DNA of 64,000 bases. Source: Flaccisagitta enflata. Lineage: Eukaryota. Below the pieces are notes generated by a model that did no database searches, was not told the DNA's origin, and worked only from the letters and a program-made list of their open reading frames with translations. Positions 1 to 17,746 of the stretch are shown here, one piece after another. The position numbers were made by a program, and so were the translations under genes. The stretch is from the NCBI GenBank assembly GCA_965153355.1, contig OZ231126.1, forward strand, positions 49,476,001 through 49,540,000, read 5' to 3'. Every line of letters begins with the position of its first letter. Position 1 is the first letter of the stretch.

Positions 1-550
1 TAGTCGCAAAAGCGTTAGATGGTCGGCGGTACCCGTTGCCCCTGTTATAATTTGTGTGGGTGTGAAGGAGTTGGAGGGGCAGCGGCCCTGAGGGGACTGA
101 TGACTTATGCTTTCAGTAAGTGATTGTAAAAGGTGAAGTATGGGTTTAGGGGTTGAGATATGGGCCTTAAGGCTAAAATTTTGGCCTTGAGCTTGGGTTG
201 TTAGGCTTGAATTTGGGCCTTGAGGCTGGGATTTGGGCTTTGAGGCTGGGCTATGGCCTCGAAGCTGGAATTTGGACCTCAAGGCTGGGATTTGGGCCTC
301 AGGGCTAGGATTTGGGAATCAAGGCTAGGATGTGAGCCTCAAGGCTGGGATTTAGGCTTTGAGCTGGGATTTAGGCCTTGAAGCTGGATTGTGGGCCCGA
401 GACTGGAAATTGGGCTTCAAGGTTGGGATTTAGGCCCTGAGGCTGAGAGGGGGGGGGGGGGTTAGAAGGAGAAGAAGAAGGAGAAAAAGGAGAAAATTTT
501 GCATATGAGAAAGCATAGGAGATCGGCCCTTTCAGGGCCGCTGCCCAAAA
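1..550 (-). mobile_element. HINE-like family B copy
   Basis: GGGCAGCGGCCC...GGGCCGCTGCCCAAAAA inverted repeats around a 20-bp gggatttgggcctcaaggct array. Confidence 0.75.
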
Positions 551-729
551 AGCAAAAATCAGCCATAGAAAACATCGTAACTAGAATCGGTGCGGAATAT
601 TTTTGATGGCAACGAACTATATAAGTAACATGAAAGATTTTACCTTATAAGATAGATCATACAACATACATTCTTTCAACGTTTCAAGTTTAACCATGGC
701 AAAAAAAAAAGTAGACGCCATGTTTTGAT

Positions 730-4643
<3,914 letters not shown>

Positions 4644-5248
4644 GTTTTGATTGTTGATTGCTTAGTAACTCAAAATGGTAAACCCTTAAAATCTATGATG
4701 GTTTTAAAGAGCTTCAAAAGATCTTTCATTTGCGCTCTTTCTGAACATTCTAGCTTCAGAAATTTAAAGTTATGATTTGGAAAAAAGTCGAAGAGACGAA
4801 GTCCCCTCGGTCTTTTTGAGTCCTGCAGAGTTTGTTGGATTTCCCTTTTTCTCATGAAGCGTTTGAGCAAGTTGGTACGTTTTTGGGGGCTGAATGGCGC
4901 TACGCATGAAATTAATAGCTAAGAAAGAGCCAAATCTCCTCTTTCAGATGACGCCAAGCAGAATTCTGTGCGATCGATAATTTTGGAGCGATAATTTTTT
5001 GAATCTTTTTTTATTTTTTCTCATTTTCCCAAAAACCAAGAATCGAGTTAGTTGAAGTCTATTTGAACTTTGAAAAGTCCCAGGTGATGACTGTGCATCC
5101 TGGCAGCACAGTCTCTCTCTCATTTCAACTCCCGACTCTATGAGAGGTTTTGTCCGTCAGTCCATCCATCGGTCTGTTGGTCTGTCTGTCCGTCCAAGTG
5201 GATAAGTGGAAAAACAAGCTGTCTAGATGCTTGTGTGTGGGGGTTGGG

Positions 5249-5291
<43 letters not shown>

Positions 5292-5407
5292 TCTCTCTCA
5301 CTCTCTTTTCCTCTCTTATTTTCTCGAGCAGCATTTACGACTTTTTTCCTACGGCGATTAGCCGCCCTTATTGTATTCTAAAGACAACTACTCAAAAATC
5401 TCGAATA

Positions 5408-6403
5408 CACTGCGAACCATAAAAAAGGTTACAGCTGTTCTCAAAGAAATTTCTGGTAAAAAAAATGATTTGTCAAAACTTTTTTTGTGAGAAATGGAAA
5501 GAGAGTCATCAAATGAGGCGAATGTCACAAATCCCATGAGTTTTCATCAATTATTTTAGATTTTATGATAAAAAGAAGATAATGGTTCCAAGATCTGTGT
5601 CTGAACTGTAAATTCTTCCAAAAATATAAATAAGGGACCTTTTATATTTGATTTTTGTTATTTGCACTGCAAGAAATCAATTAAAATCATAGATCATTTG
5701 AAAGATATTTAAAAGAGCTTTCATTTGCTGCCAATCTCGCATTTCTAGCTCAATTTGTTCAGACGCAGTAAAGAAAAGACTGAAGAGTATTCATTTTCAA
5801 GTTTGAAAAGGTGCATCACCAAAATGTACCCATTTAACTTCAAACCAATGTCATTTCCAAACGAGTAAAGCCAGGAGGCTGGGATTGGTCTAGAATAAAA
5901 GATCTTTCGAAGATTTTTCAAACGGTCACTGATTTTGTTTACTTTCTTTTATTAAAACATGGATATTTTAAGAGGAAAAAAAGATCAATAATCTTTTAGA
6001 TTTAAGTGATGAAAAAATTCTTTCTTTTGTCATTCATAAAGGGTTCAAATCAAGTAAAAACCTATCAAAATCAATGACATTGAGAAAGCCCTTCAAAAAA
6101 TCTGTCATTTGAGCCGTTTCTGGAGTTACTAGCTCAATTGGTTTACAAATTACAATAGTTTTTGTAAAATTTGTCCTTTAAAAACTTTAACAGAAAATCT
6201 GTTGTTTTCCCACGTAGGTTTTGATACATTTGTCTTCATTTTAACATAAAATCCAAACTAATTGATCAAATTTGATGGGACTGGTGGCAAATTGTTCATT
6301 TTTTGAAGCTCTTTAAAATGCTCATGAATAATAATAAGATTGGTTGAATTTAAACAATGTAAAACTATACTGAAAGTTGTAACTTTTTTTATGAGTCGCA
6401 CTG
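5408..6403. mobile_element. Tc1/mariner-type non-autonomous element
   Basis: TA|CACTGCGAACCATAAAAAAAGGTTACA ... TGTAACTTTTTTTATGAGTCGCACTG|TA. Confidence 0.65.
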
Positions 6404-7583
6404 TATGTTTAGAAATGTTTTTAGAGTAACCAACTTTGAATTAATACAGCCTTTAAACGAAGCAGAATCAAGAATTTTGCTTGGTTTCATCTTGTAGAGA
6501 ATTAAAAATATTTCATTTTTACCTTAAATTTTATTCCATTTATTTCATTACTTCCTTCTACAGAAAAAGTAAGTAACATAGTGCCTTGTTCAAGAATGAT
6601 GAAATCTGCTCTTTTTGGCATTTTCAAAAATGAGTGTTGAACTTCAATCTTATGTCATTTCTAAACGACATTAGTCACAAATTTCTGCTTGGTCTAGATT
6701 TGCAGAGTTTTTGAAGCTCTTTAAAAAGCTCATAGATTTCAAGCAAAAAGTGTGACTGGTCTTCAATTAAATGATAAAAATTGAGCGTTTACTTTTTTTT
6801 GGCCATGGTTAAAAGTGTGACGATGCAAAACAGACACAAAACGAAAAGTACTTCTAATCCGCCATTCCATATTCTTTTTCAATTTAGGAGACATTCTGGA
6901 ATCTGACCAAGCTTGTGCAAGAAATGTCTGGTAGTTGCAACCGAGCAATTCTTCTCAACCCCTCTACTTCATAACCCCAAAACCTTTACCATCAATATCC
7001 ATCGACTTACCAATGATAGGTCACCACTCTCCATCATAGCGACAAATTCTATACCACTCTTCACATTTCACTTTCGTATTACAATCACCACCACGCTGTA
7101 CCTTCCTATCCACAATGAATAGTATTCATCCACCCAGACCACCCTCTACCATCATCCTTGTCCATGATCCCATTCCCTCGAAAAGAAAATCGCCTCCATG
7201 ATTTTTCCCGACCACACTCCTTCAACTTCACTTTCACCTCCTCCTTCTCCTCCTTCTCCTCCTCCTCTTCCTCATCCTCTTCCTCCTCCTCCTCCTCCTC
7301 CTCCTCAACTTCTTAATTTGATAATCTTTCAATACCGCGTCTAAAAAACTGTACAAACATCCTTCGATTCGTGTGGTGCCGAGAGTATCAGAATGGGGAA
7401 AAATATTGATCAAACAAACTGTTTTAATTGCAAGGATTATGAAAGCTATTGACACAATTCAACATTCGCTACAACGAAGGCCACTCAGTATGTGTTGAAA
7501 AGGTTGGGCTTTTTGGCAAAAGCTTACAAAACTGCAAAACGAAGGATGTTACATACGGTCGGGCCGGACATATTTGGACGTTA

Positions 7584-9703
7584 CAGTACGAGTATCAAAG
7601 AACTGTATAACTCTGGGGAAGCCATATCTGCCAAATGGCTAGGATTCATAATCAAATTTTTTACCACATAATGCACCTATAGGTCTACTATGTTGTTTAA
7701 GGTTTTAGAGCCATTCCAACAAATTCATTTTTTTTAGTCAAAATTTTTTTTTCAGTTTTTTTGCTGATTTTGACTACAAAAATCACACTAAAAAAAAAAA
7801 TTACCCATATGTATATTAGTTAGACACATTTACACAAATTTCATTTTTTGTTGGGGATTTTCCGCCAATTTTTGTAGCTATGGCACCCAAACTAAAAAAA
7901 CACAAAAAATGAAATATTTCCTAAGGTTTTCAATAAAATTGCCTGATTTTTGGCGTGGTAGTAGTTTTAGGACTCACAAATAAGTGTGCAAAATTTCAGC
8001 TCTTAAAATGAAATTCTGATACAGTTATGAAATTTTGAATTTTTCACAAAATGCAGTGTAGGACAATTTTCCATCAAAAGATTTTTTTTCAAATAAAAGA
8101 TTCTGTCAATTGTCATATTTTGATATAATTAATAACAAATTAAAAGTCTCTAAAAAAATTTTTGAGCTAGCCCTGTTAGAAAAAAAAAATTTTTTCTCAA
8201 AAATTGCAAAAATGACCCATTTTTTGAGGTTGAATAAAAACTGTTCCTGTCATCCGATCATCTTCATTTTTGGTGGATTTGTTACCTGTTATCTACCCTA
8301 ACTTCACCTAAAATTTGAGCTCACTGCGGCTAACGGCTGCGGAGATATTGACGTTCAAAATTACTTTGTCAGAGCAAAATCAGCAAAATTTGCATTTTGG
8401 CCATTGCATAAAATTTTTTTTTCTTTCAGATACCTTCTTTTTTGCTGAAGTTACTCAAGTTTAAGCATATATCCATATTCCAGAATTTCACATTTGTCAG
8501 TGAAGCCGTTTTAGAATTATGATGGTCCAAAGTTTCTAAAAACACCAATTTTTTTTCAAAAATCATAAAGTAAATTTTTCAAAAAAATTGAAAAAAAAAG
8601 TTGTCTTCAGGGTTTTGGATCTGGGCAAATTATTTTTATCATTTTTATCATATTTTCCAATTGTTTTGACCCCCCCTTTGTAGACCATTTTTTGAAAAAT
8701 TTTCGCAAATTTTTTACCCTAAGATTTAGTGGAAAAATTTTTTTTTGAAACTGAACCATCTTAACTTTAAAACGGCTTCACTGACAAATGTGAAATTCTG
8801 GAATATGAATATATGCTTAAACTTGAGTAACTTCAGCAAAAAAGAAGGTATCTGAAAGAAAAAATAAAATTTAATGCAAGCTCAAAAATGGGCAAAATGC
8901 AAATTTTGCTGATTTTGCTCTGACAAAGTAACTTTGAACGTCAATATCTCCGCAGCCGTTAGTCGCAGTGAGCTCAAATTTTAGGTGAAGTTAGGGTAGA
9001 TAACAGGTAACAACTCCACCAAAAATGAAGATGATTGGATGACAGGAACAGTTTTTATTCAACCTCAAAAAATGGGTCATTTTTGCAATTTTTGAGAAAA
9101 AAATTTTTTTTCTAACAGGGCTAGCTCAAAAATTTTTTTAGAGACTTTTAATTTGTTATTAATTATATCAAAATATGACAATTGACAGAATTTTTTATTT
9201 GAAAAAAAAAAATTTTGATGGAAAATTGTCCTACACTGCATTTTGTGAAAAATTCAAAATTTCATAACTGCATCAGAATTTCATTTTAAGAGCACTTGCA
9301 CACTTATTAGTGAGTCCTAAAACTACTACCATGCCAAAAATCAGGCAATTTTATTGAAAACCTTAGGAAATATTTCACTTTTTGTGTTTTTTGAGTTTTG
9401 GGTGCCATAGCTACAAAAATTGGCGGAAAATCCCCAACAAAAAATGAAATTTGTGTAAATGTGTCTAACTAATATACATATGAGAAATTTTTTTTTAGTG
9501 TAATTTTTGTAGTCAAAATCAGCAAAAAACTGAAAAAAATTTTTTTGGACTAAAAAAAATAAATTTGTTGGAATGGCTCCAAAACCTTAAACAACATAGT
9601 AGACCTATAGGTGCATTATGTGGTAAAAAATTTTATTATGAATCCTTGCCGTTTGGCAGATATGGCTTCCCCAGAGTTATACAGTTCTTCGATACTCGTA
9701 CTG
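7584..9703. mobile_element. 2.1-kb foldback element (Tc1/mariner-type ends) with about 950-bp inverted arms
   Basis: TA|CAGTACGAGTATC...GATACTCGTACTG|TG; arms about 7584-8535 and 8750-9703 are near-identical reverse complements. Confidence 0.9.
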
Positions 9704-11523
9704 TGTGGCATTTAGATTTATTCTAGATGCATCTATTCATATGCAACCTCTTGGCCAGTCGTCATACATGGTTACGGACCAGCTATCGTTAAGTAATGCC
9801 AATCGGTTACAAAACCTCAGAGGGTTAATCGGCCTTGACCACCGCGTTACGACTTCAAAAGGCTTACATATCACAGGCAGAATCTTCATCCTGCTGACCT
9901 ACACTCGAAGACTTTTTCAATTAGTGGTAGATCTTCGTTTCTTTAACTCTTTCTTTCGTTAATTCTTTCCTCATCACGGATTTGTTCTATTTTTAGCGGC
10001 GTTCGATGACGTCATTCATCCTCCGATTTGACGTTAACCAAAACAAGGCCTTATACACGGCAGCATTAGTCGCGGACGGGTGGGCAGGGGCGGAAAACCT
10101 CGAAAAAGAGCTTTGTGACCGACGGACCGACGGACCGACGGACCGACGGACCGACGGACCGACGGACCGACAGAAAAGTGGCTTATAGAATCGCGTGTCT
10201 GCGACTAAAAAGTCATGCTTTCGAGACTCAATCGAGTTTGTTGATTTCACATAAATTTTGCGGCTCATTTACGTTTTCTGAACAGAGGAAAAAAACAAAA
10301 CAAAAAAAAATTCTTATTATCATAAATTTCATATTGTGTAATTGAACTAATCTCTTTTCGAGACGCACCTCGTTTCGAAAGGGAAATGCTTTCTCGACAA
10401 TTAATACGCCCTGTCAGCCCCCCGACCCCCGATCTTATGTTTCCCTGCCACCGTAGTTATTTTTCACATTTGATTTCACCTGCTAAGACCCTTAGTCGGC
10501 ATACGCCTAGAGAATGGATATTCGATTACTAGAAAACACAGAGTTCGCAATCAGTGATCAGCTACCAGTTATCAGTTACCATTTTACAGCAAAAAACAAG
10601 TGGAGAAAGCGCTTGCTTAAGTCATGGTGTATAGGAACAGGAAATTTTGGTTTCATTTTACTTTTTTATTTTTAATGTATATTTACAATAAAAATATCAT
10701 TAGGATTTTAGTTTTATATTTTTGATATAATATACAAAGTGTTTTAACAATGTTTTTGAACCCAGAATATTGACTATCGATTCATAATGATGTAAAATTA
10801 AGATTAAAGGTTTGAATTCCTCAGAAACATAATGAACAAAATTAAGTAAATCAAATCTGTATTTTAGAGATTATCTATGTAAAAGTTTATTGTTTGACCT
10901 TTAAAAAATGTTTATTCAAAAGATAAAATCATAAAAAAAAAAAAAGAAATTATCTAAAAAATTGTAATGACGCATCGAATTTCTTCTTCCTGTGCACTAC
11001 GTCTTAGGCATAGAAGGTAAATAAGTTTGCGCCCTCTCTTGATGTGCGATTTAGACTTGAACTTACGACACAATAAGCGCTTCTTCCTTGTGAGTAGAGA
11101 TGTCACACAGACAATAACATCAATGTGTAGAAACGAAAACCTAAAGAAAGTTGTGGAGGCAATTTTTAGTCGCGGACTCGCGACTCTAGAACTTGTTTAC
11201 GATCTATTTTGATGATTTTGAAGTCCAAAGTATAGAAATAAGAACCTCATCGTAAGCAACGAAGCGAGCCGAAATCAGAGAAAATTTAGTACAATAATCG
11301 AAAACTATGCAACGTGGACGAGGGACCTGGGCCTCATTTCAGCCCTTTCAGATTTGGAGTAAGTCAAATCAGCCTTCAGAGGGTCCTCAGACTATCGTAG
11401 AGCCTCAATCAGCCCTCTACAGCGCCATTTCAATTGAATGAGGGTCAAAGAACGGATTTCCACGTGTGTTCCACAGGACTTCACCTCCTTCGGGGCCGCT
11501 GCCAGACAGACAGACAGACAGAC

Positions 11524-11554
<31 letters not shown>

Positions 11555-11939
11555 AGGAAAGAAAGAAAGAAAGAAAGAAAGAAAGGAAGAAAGAAAGAAA
11601 GAAAGAAAGAAAAAAAGAAGGGATGAATATTCTGAAACATAGAGAGATGAGAGTAAAACGAAAAAGAAATGAATGAGAGAATTGGGATAAAGAAAAAAAG
11701 GAAATGAATTTAAAAAACCGGAAAGAAATCTAAGACGGAAGGAAAAACTAAAAAAATACTAACCCGGGGGTGTGATCTTTCTCGAGGGAGCCTCTTAATA
11801 TTGAATTACACAAACGCGAGGAGTGGTGAAATTGTCATTATCTGTCACAAACCGCTTATCAAACAATAAAGTCTCGGTTTAAACGAGTTAAGAAACGATC
11901 GATTAAGTCTTTAATTTGTTTTCGAGGCGATGTCAGAGA

Positions 11940-13030
11940 TCGAGGATTTCCGGAGAGATGGACAAAACGGATGTCGCGGGCGATGAGGCCGTTGACAAAC
12001 TAGATAAGGACGGAAGATAGGATGAGGATGTCGCGGACGGAGAGGCGGATGACAAACTAAATGATGAAGAAGGAAGATAGGATGAGGATGTCACAGACGG
12101 AGAGGCCATTGACAAACTAGATGAGGACGGAAGATAGGATTAGGATGTTGTGAATGAAGAGGCGGGTGACAAACTAGATGATGAGGACGGAAGATAGGAT
12201 GAGGATGTTGCGAGCGAAGAGACCATAGAAAAAATGGATTATGAGTACAAAAGATGAGATGAGGATTTTACGGGCGGGGAGGCGGGTGACAATCTAGATG
12301 AGGACGGAAGATAGGATGAGGATGTCGCGGGCAAAGAGATGGGTGACAAACTAGACAATGAGGACGGACAATAGTTTCAATGGTCTCTTTGCCCGCGACA
12401 TCCTTATCCTATCTTCCTTCTTCATCATCTAGTTGTTAATGGCCTCTCCGTCCACAACATCCTCATCCTATCTTCCTTCTTCATCATCTAGTTTGTCAAT
12501 GGCCTCTCCGTCCGCGACATCCTCATCCTATCTTCCTTCTTCATCATCTAGTTTGTCAATGGCCTCTCCGTCCGCGACATCCTCATCCTATCTTCCTTCT
12601 ACATCATCTAGTTTGTCAATGGCCTCTCCTTCCGCGACATCCTCATCCTATCTTCCTTCTTCATCATCTAGTGTGTCAATGGCCTCTCCGTCCGCGACAT
12701 CCTCATCCTATCTTCCTTCTACATCATCTAGTTTGTCAATGGCCTCTCCATCCGCGACATTCTCATCCTATCTTCCTTCTTCATCATCTAGATTGTCAAT
12801 GGCCTCTCCGTCCGCGACATCCTCATCCTATCTTCCTTCTTCATCATCTAGTTTGTCAATGGCCTCTTTGCCCGCGACATCTCCATCCTATCTTCCTTCT
12901 TCATCATCTAATTTGTCAATGGCCTCTCCGTCCGCGGCATCCTCAATCCTCATCCTATCTTCCATCCTCATCTAGATTGAGGCGGGTGACAAACTAGATG
13001 ATGAGGACGGAAGACGGGAAAGGATTTCGC
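11940..13030. repeat. 60-bp minisatellite with internal inversion
   Basis: Unit tcatcatctagtttgtcaatggcctctccgtccgcgacatcctcatcctatcttccttct, about 10 copies at 12376-12975; reverse-complement copies at 11940-12372 and 12976-13030. Confidence 0.9.
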
Positions 13031-13039
13031 GGCACTGAC

Positions 13040-13220
13040 CACAAAGCTGAAGGTTCATGTAAAGTGGTAGAACGATGTTGAGACTGCGGTTGGTAGGGGC
13101 GGTGATGTTGTGGGCCGCCCATGCCAAATATGCAAGTGTGGAAACTGACCCGTAAATGCCACTATAAACTACTGTCGACCGACTGACGTACGAACGTAAC
13201 AATCCATACATCCAGACACT
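13040..13220 (-). pseudogene. Candidate exon of an unidentified minus-strand gene or pseudogene
   Basis: ttacag|AGT GTC TGG...TGT G|gtcagt; 60 open codons SVWMYGLLRSY...LAYLAWAAHNITAP...LQLC in unique, GC-richer sequence. Confidence 0.35.
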
Positions 13221-13919
13221 CTGTAATGGTCAAAGATGCGGCATGAATCACACGACGGAAAAAATGGTAATGAACTCGTTCTATTATTACTTAGTCGTTG
13301 CGGAAGAACCCTCGAGACTCAGTTTTAACGTGAATGAAGCCAGGTTTATGTCTCATGCGGAGCATGAGCAGTATGTAGTCGCCCCTCAAGACTCGGTAAA
13401 TGCATGTCGGATAGACCGACCCGTACATTCCAAATAAGATCCCATCTCTTCAACTAGCTGTTACTGAACTGAATCAGAGTTTTTTTTTAATTTGGAATAG
13501 GAATTTAAGAATTTGATTTTCCAAAAAACTGAATATTAAATGTTCTATTTTTGTGGTTGTTCTAATTTGAAAAACGTCAGTCTACCATAACAAACCAATT
13601 TTAATTATGTATTTCAATTAGGTGAGCCAATATCATTTTGCTCATGCATTGTTTTTGTCAAAATTGTGATGATCTTGGAAATGATCATTCGATATCTATA
13701 ATGAGTATGCATAAAGGAACGCACATGATAGGATGTAGACCACAGAAATAAAAGTCGAAATGAAAGTTGAAACATTACTGGAAGGGTCGCGGGAAGAGAA
13801 GAAGAAGAAGGAAAAAAATGGCTCGTCCTAATCTAATCAACACAATCTGCCCAGACGGAAGAAACCTTCGCACAATCTGTGACTTCTGTGTCTTCCCTGT
13901 CTTCCCAATTCTTTTTTTT

Positions 13920-14540
<621 letters not shown>

Positions 14541-14814
14541 TCTTCCTCGCCTGTCATCCACCTTGTTTTCATAATTCTTAGTTTTTCACACTCCGATTCG
14601 CTTTTGACTCATGCCTTGTTATGAAAATTGATTTATGATTGTTTTTTCCGATTTTTGGAGTTAAAACGGAAAGTGGGTGGATAGATCTCTCCAGCCCAGC
14701 TGCAATTATGGTTCTTCGTCTTGGTCTGTCCGCCCACTTCGGGGGGGAAATAGTATAGCATCAACCGGGACGAATGATATCTTGGCTATAAATGACATCT
14801 TGGCTATCAAACTA

Positions 14815-15812
14815 CAGTATGATTTTTTTCAGGGGTGCATATAATTGAGTGACTTTTGATTTCCCCCCCCCCCTGCCTTTGATTTTCTTCCCCGCGATGC
14901 ATCGCATCGCGTTACAAAATCTATGATTTTCTTCCCAAAAAAGCAATAAAACAGTGTATTAAAGGTTAAAATAGTGTTAAATTGTGCTTTACTAATCAAG
15001 TTTCCTCTCCCTTCCCCATCTCCAAACCCTTTGATTTCCCCCAATTATATACAGGCCTGGATTTTTTTCAACTGCAACATAAAATGAGGACATCATGCAA
15101 AAACTAGAAGACCTAGTCAAATTATGAAAGAAGCTCCAAGAAGATGAGAGTTTGCAGTTATTTGCTAAGAGATTCCAAGGATTTTTTAGAAAGAAAATTG
15201 ATATCCATCCTACTTTTTCAATTGGGATTGAAATTTTGAAAGTGGAAAAATTGAAAAAAATAATAGAGATATCGGCTGAACTGTTTGTCTTTAAATGGCT
15301 CTCATTTCCAAATGGTTTGAGCTACAGATTGGTCCCAAATGAAAGCTTTTTTGAAGTACTTTTTGGAACGAACTCAACAGACACACTTTTTTTGGAGTTT
15401 TGAATGCATTTGGTTAACTGCAAGTCAATTCTGCAAACAATTTATCCTGAAACGACAAAATCGTTCATGTTTGGCGGGATAACGCTTTGGCAATATCGCT
15501 CTCTTTGTTTTTTCTCCTAAAACTACATCAAAATATCTTTCATCTGAGACCAATCTGGGATCCGTAGCTCAAACCGTTCAGAAATGAGAGCGATTTACAA
15601 AAAGACTGACAACAAATCAGCCTTTTTTGGCAGAATCTACCCTTTGATTCAATTGCGTTGATCAGATCAAAATAAAAGAAGAAGTCCTTGGGATTTTCCA
15701 TTAAAAATCTGCAAACTCATATCCTCCAAGTGTTTTTTTCAGATTGTAGCTAGCTCTTTTACTTTTTGTGCTATGTCCTCATCTTTTGTTACAGTTCAGA
15801 AAAATCATACTG
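14815..15812. mobile_element. Palindromic Tc1/mariner-type MITE
   Basis: TA|CAGTATGATTTTT ... AAAAATCATACTG|TA with long internal inverted arms; interrupted by a hAT-like MITE. Confidence 0.75.
14830..15059. mobile_element. hAT-like MITE (copy 1)
   Basis: CAGGGGTG...CAGGCCTG ends, flanked by duplicated GATTTTTTT; same family as 36455-36760. Confidence 0.8.
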
Positions 15813-17693
15813 TATTCTTATGAAAATAAAGCTACCTTTTTGGAATTGACCCTCTTGAGGTCGGTTGTAATGAGATTTTGAGGCTTATTATACCCGTATA
15901 TGTGAAGCCCATCAAAACGCACTTTCGCAAATCTAGACCTCTGCAAATAGAAAGGTAACGCATGGAAATGAAAGCATTAGATTACGATAGCAATCTCTGA
16001 GCTTCAATACACAATTTCAAAATAAAGACAATGATTGATTATTAGCGATTCAAATTCAAGGCCGGAACGAAAGTGTATCACATTGTAGAAGACAATTTTC
16101 AGTAAAACAGGTTTCAGGATAAGTGACGCATGTATCGGACCATTTCAAATTTCAAGAGGAGACGCAATAGAATAGAATGGAAGCCAATTTGTCTGCCTCT
16201 TATTATATGTGTCGAGACACTAGCGGGAGACCCCCATTTGTTAGCCCATGCGAGGTCAAACATCCCGTCCCCGTAACATGAACTCAACGCAGAATATAAA
16301 GCCAGTCCAGGTTTCTTTGCACCCCCTGATAGAATGGAGAAGGGGAGCACTTATGGCCTTTTAGGGGGGGAAAGGAGAAAAGCAAGTCACTGATGGGGAT
16401 TTCCCAGGACAAGTTGTCCAAAACAAAAACGTCGACTCTTTTTTAATGTATTGATGTAGGAAGTAGGAAGTCCCGACTAAAGTGTAATCCCCCCCTCCCA
16501 GAGGAATCATTGCTGCTGCTGTGTAAAAATTTACCCCAGGGAGGGAATAAATCTTGTTTTCATTTCATTTCCATTTCATTTCATTTGATTTCATTACGAA
16601 TAGGGAAAAAACAAACATTCATTGGAGCCTCAAAGCTGGGATTGGAGCCTTGAGGCTGGTATTTGCGGATTGGAGCCTCAAGGCCATAATTTGAGCCTCA
16701 AGGCTGGAGCTGGAGCCTCGAGACTTGGATAGGGGCCTTGAGGCTAGGATTGGGGCCTCAAGGCTGGGTTTGTAGCCTGGGGGGGACAGAGAAGAAGAAG
16801 CAGACATAAGTGTGAAAGCATAGGTCATCGGTCCCTTCGGGGCCACTGCCCAGAAAACGAGGACTTACACAAAAAAGCTGTGAACATCAAAATCGGAGGA
16901 TAATCTATCGAACTTTCTTTCCATCAGTTTTCTGACTTGATAGCTATCTTCACATGGGCTCCTTTGAGTCTACTTGTTAGCTATACTTTATATCATTGTT
17001 ATTTTCGGTTTGTTCATTGTAGAATGCTGTGAATATGATCGAGACCATGATCAGATATCGATGAAAACGAATCAAATGATCTCAAACGTGTCGATTCCAG
17101 CGGAATCTCGCGATAAGATTTGAGGATGTAACTTCAAAAGTGACAATGAATCGGAAGTCAATTTGAGAAAAAAGAAATTGGTTTCCCCGACAGGAAATGA
17201 ATGAATTCCCGATGCGATTGAAAGTCATATTTGAGGCAATCATGGATCAATGATTGAAGTTACAGTCGAGCTTTACTAGAGCGTATGCCAAGGGACAGGA
17301 TAAAATCATGCTTTTTAGTGAAGCTGCCTCATCGCTATAGTTCGGCGATCTGGCTATTAGATAACGGTTCAATTAGGTTCAATTAATTAATTTATAATCG
17401 CGAATATAGGTTCGGTTCGGATACTGCTATAACCAACTTTTCGATGCGGTTATTATCGATTTTTTTTTCTTCTCAAACTGACATTTTTTTGCATGATGTA
17501 AAATTATTGATCATCCAAGAATAGCAATAATGTTTGAAGGAAAAAAAATGATGCATTTTTTTAGTTTTAGTTTCTCATTTATATTTAATTCATTTTTGCA
17601 TATAATCTTTTTTTCATATATTCTTTTTTTTTTAGAAAGAATAAGAAAATAGAAAATAATCACTAAATATGATGGATGCATATGTCAAGATAA

Positions 17694-17746
<53 letters not shown>

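Noticed and set aside
12376..12975. Regular repeats as a CRISPR array, or the 180-aa Ser-rich ORF as a mucin
   Set aside because: The units are contiguous with no unique spacers and no cas genes. The open frame follows from a 60-bp unit, and there is no signal peptide or splice support.
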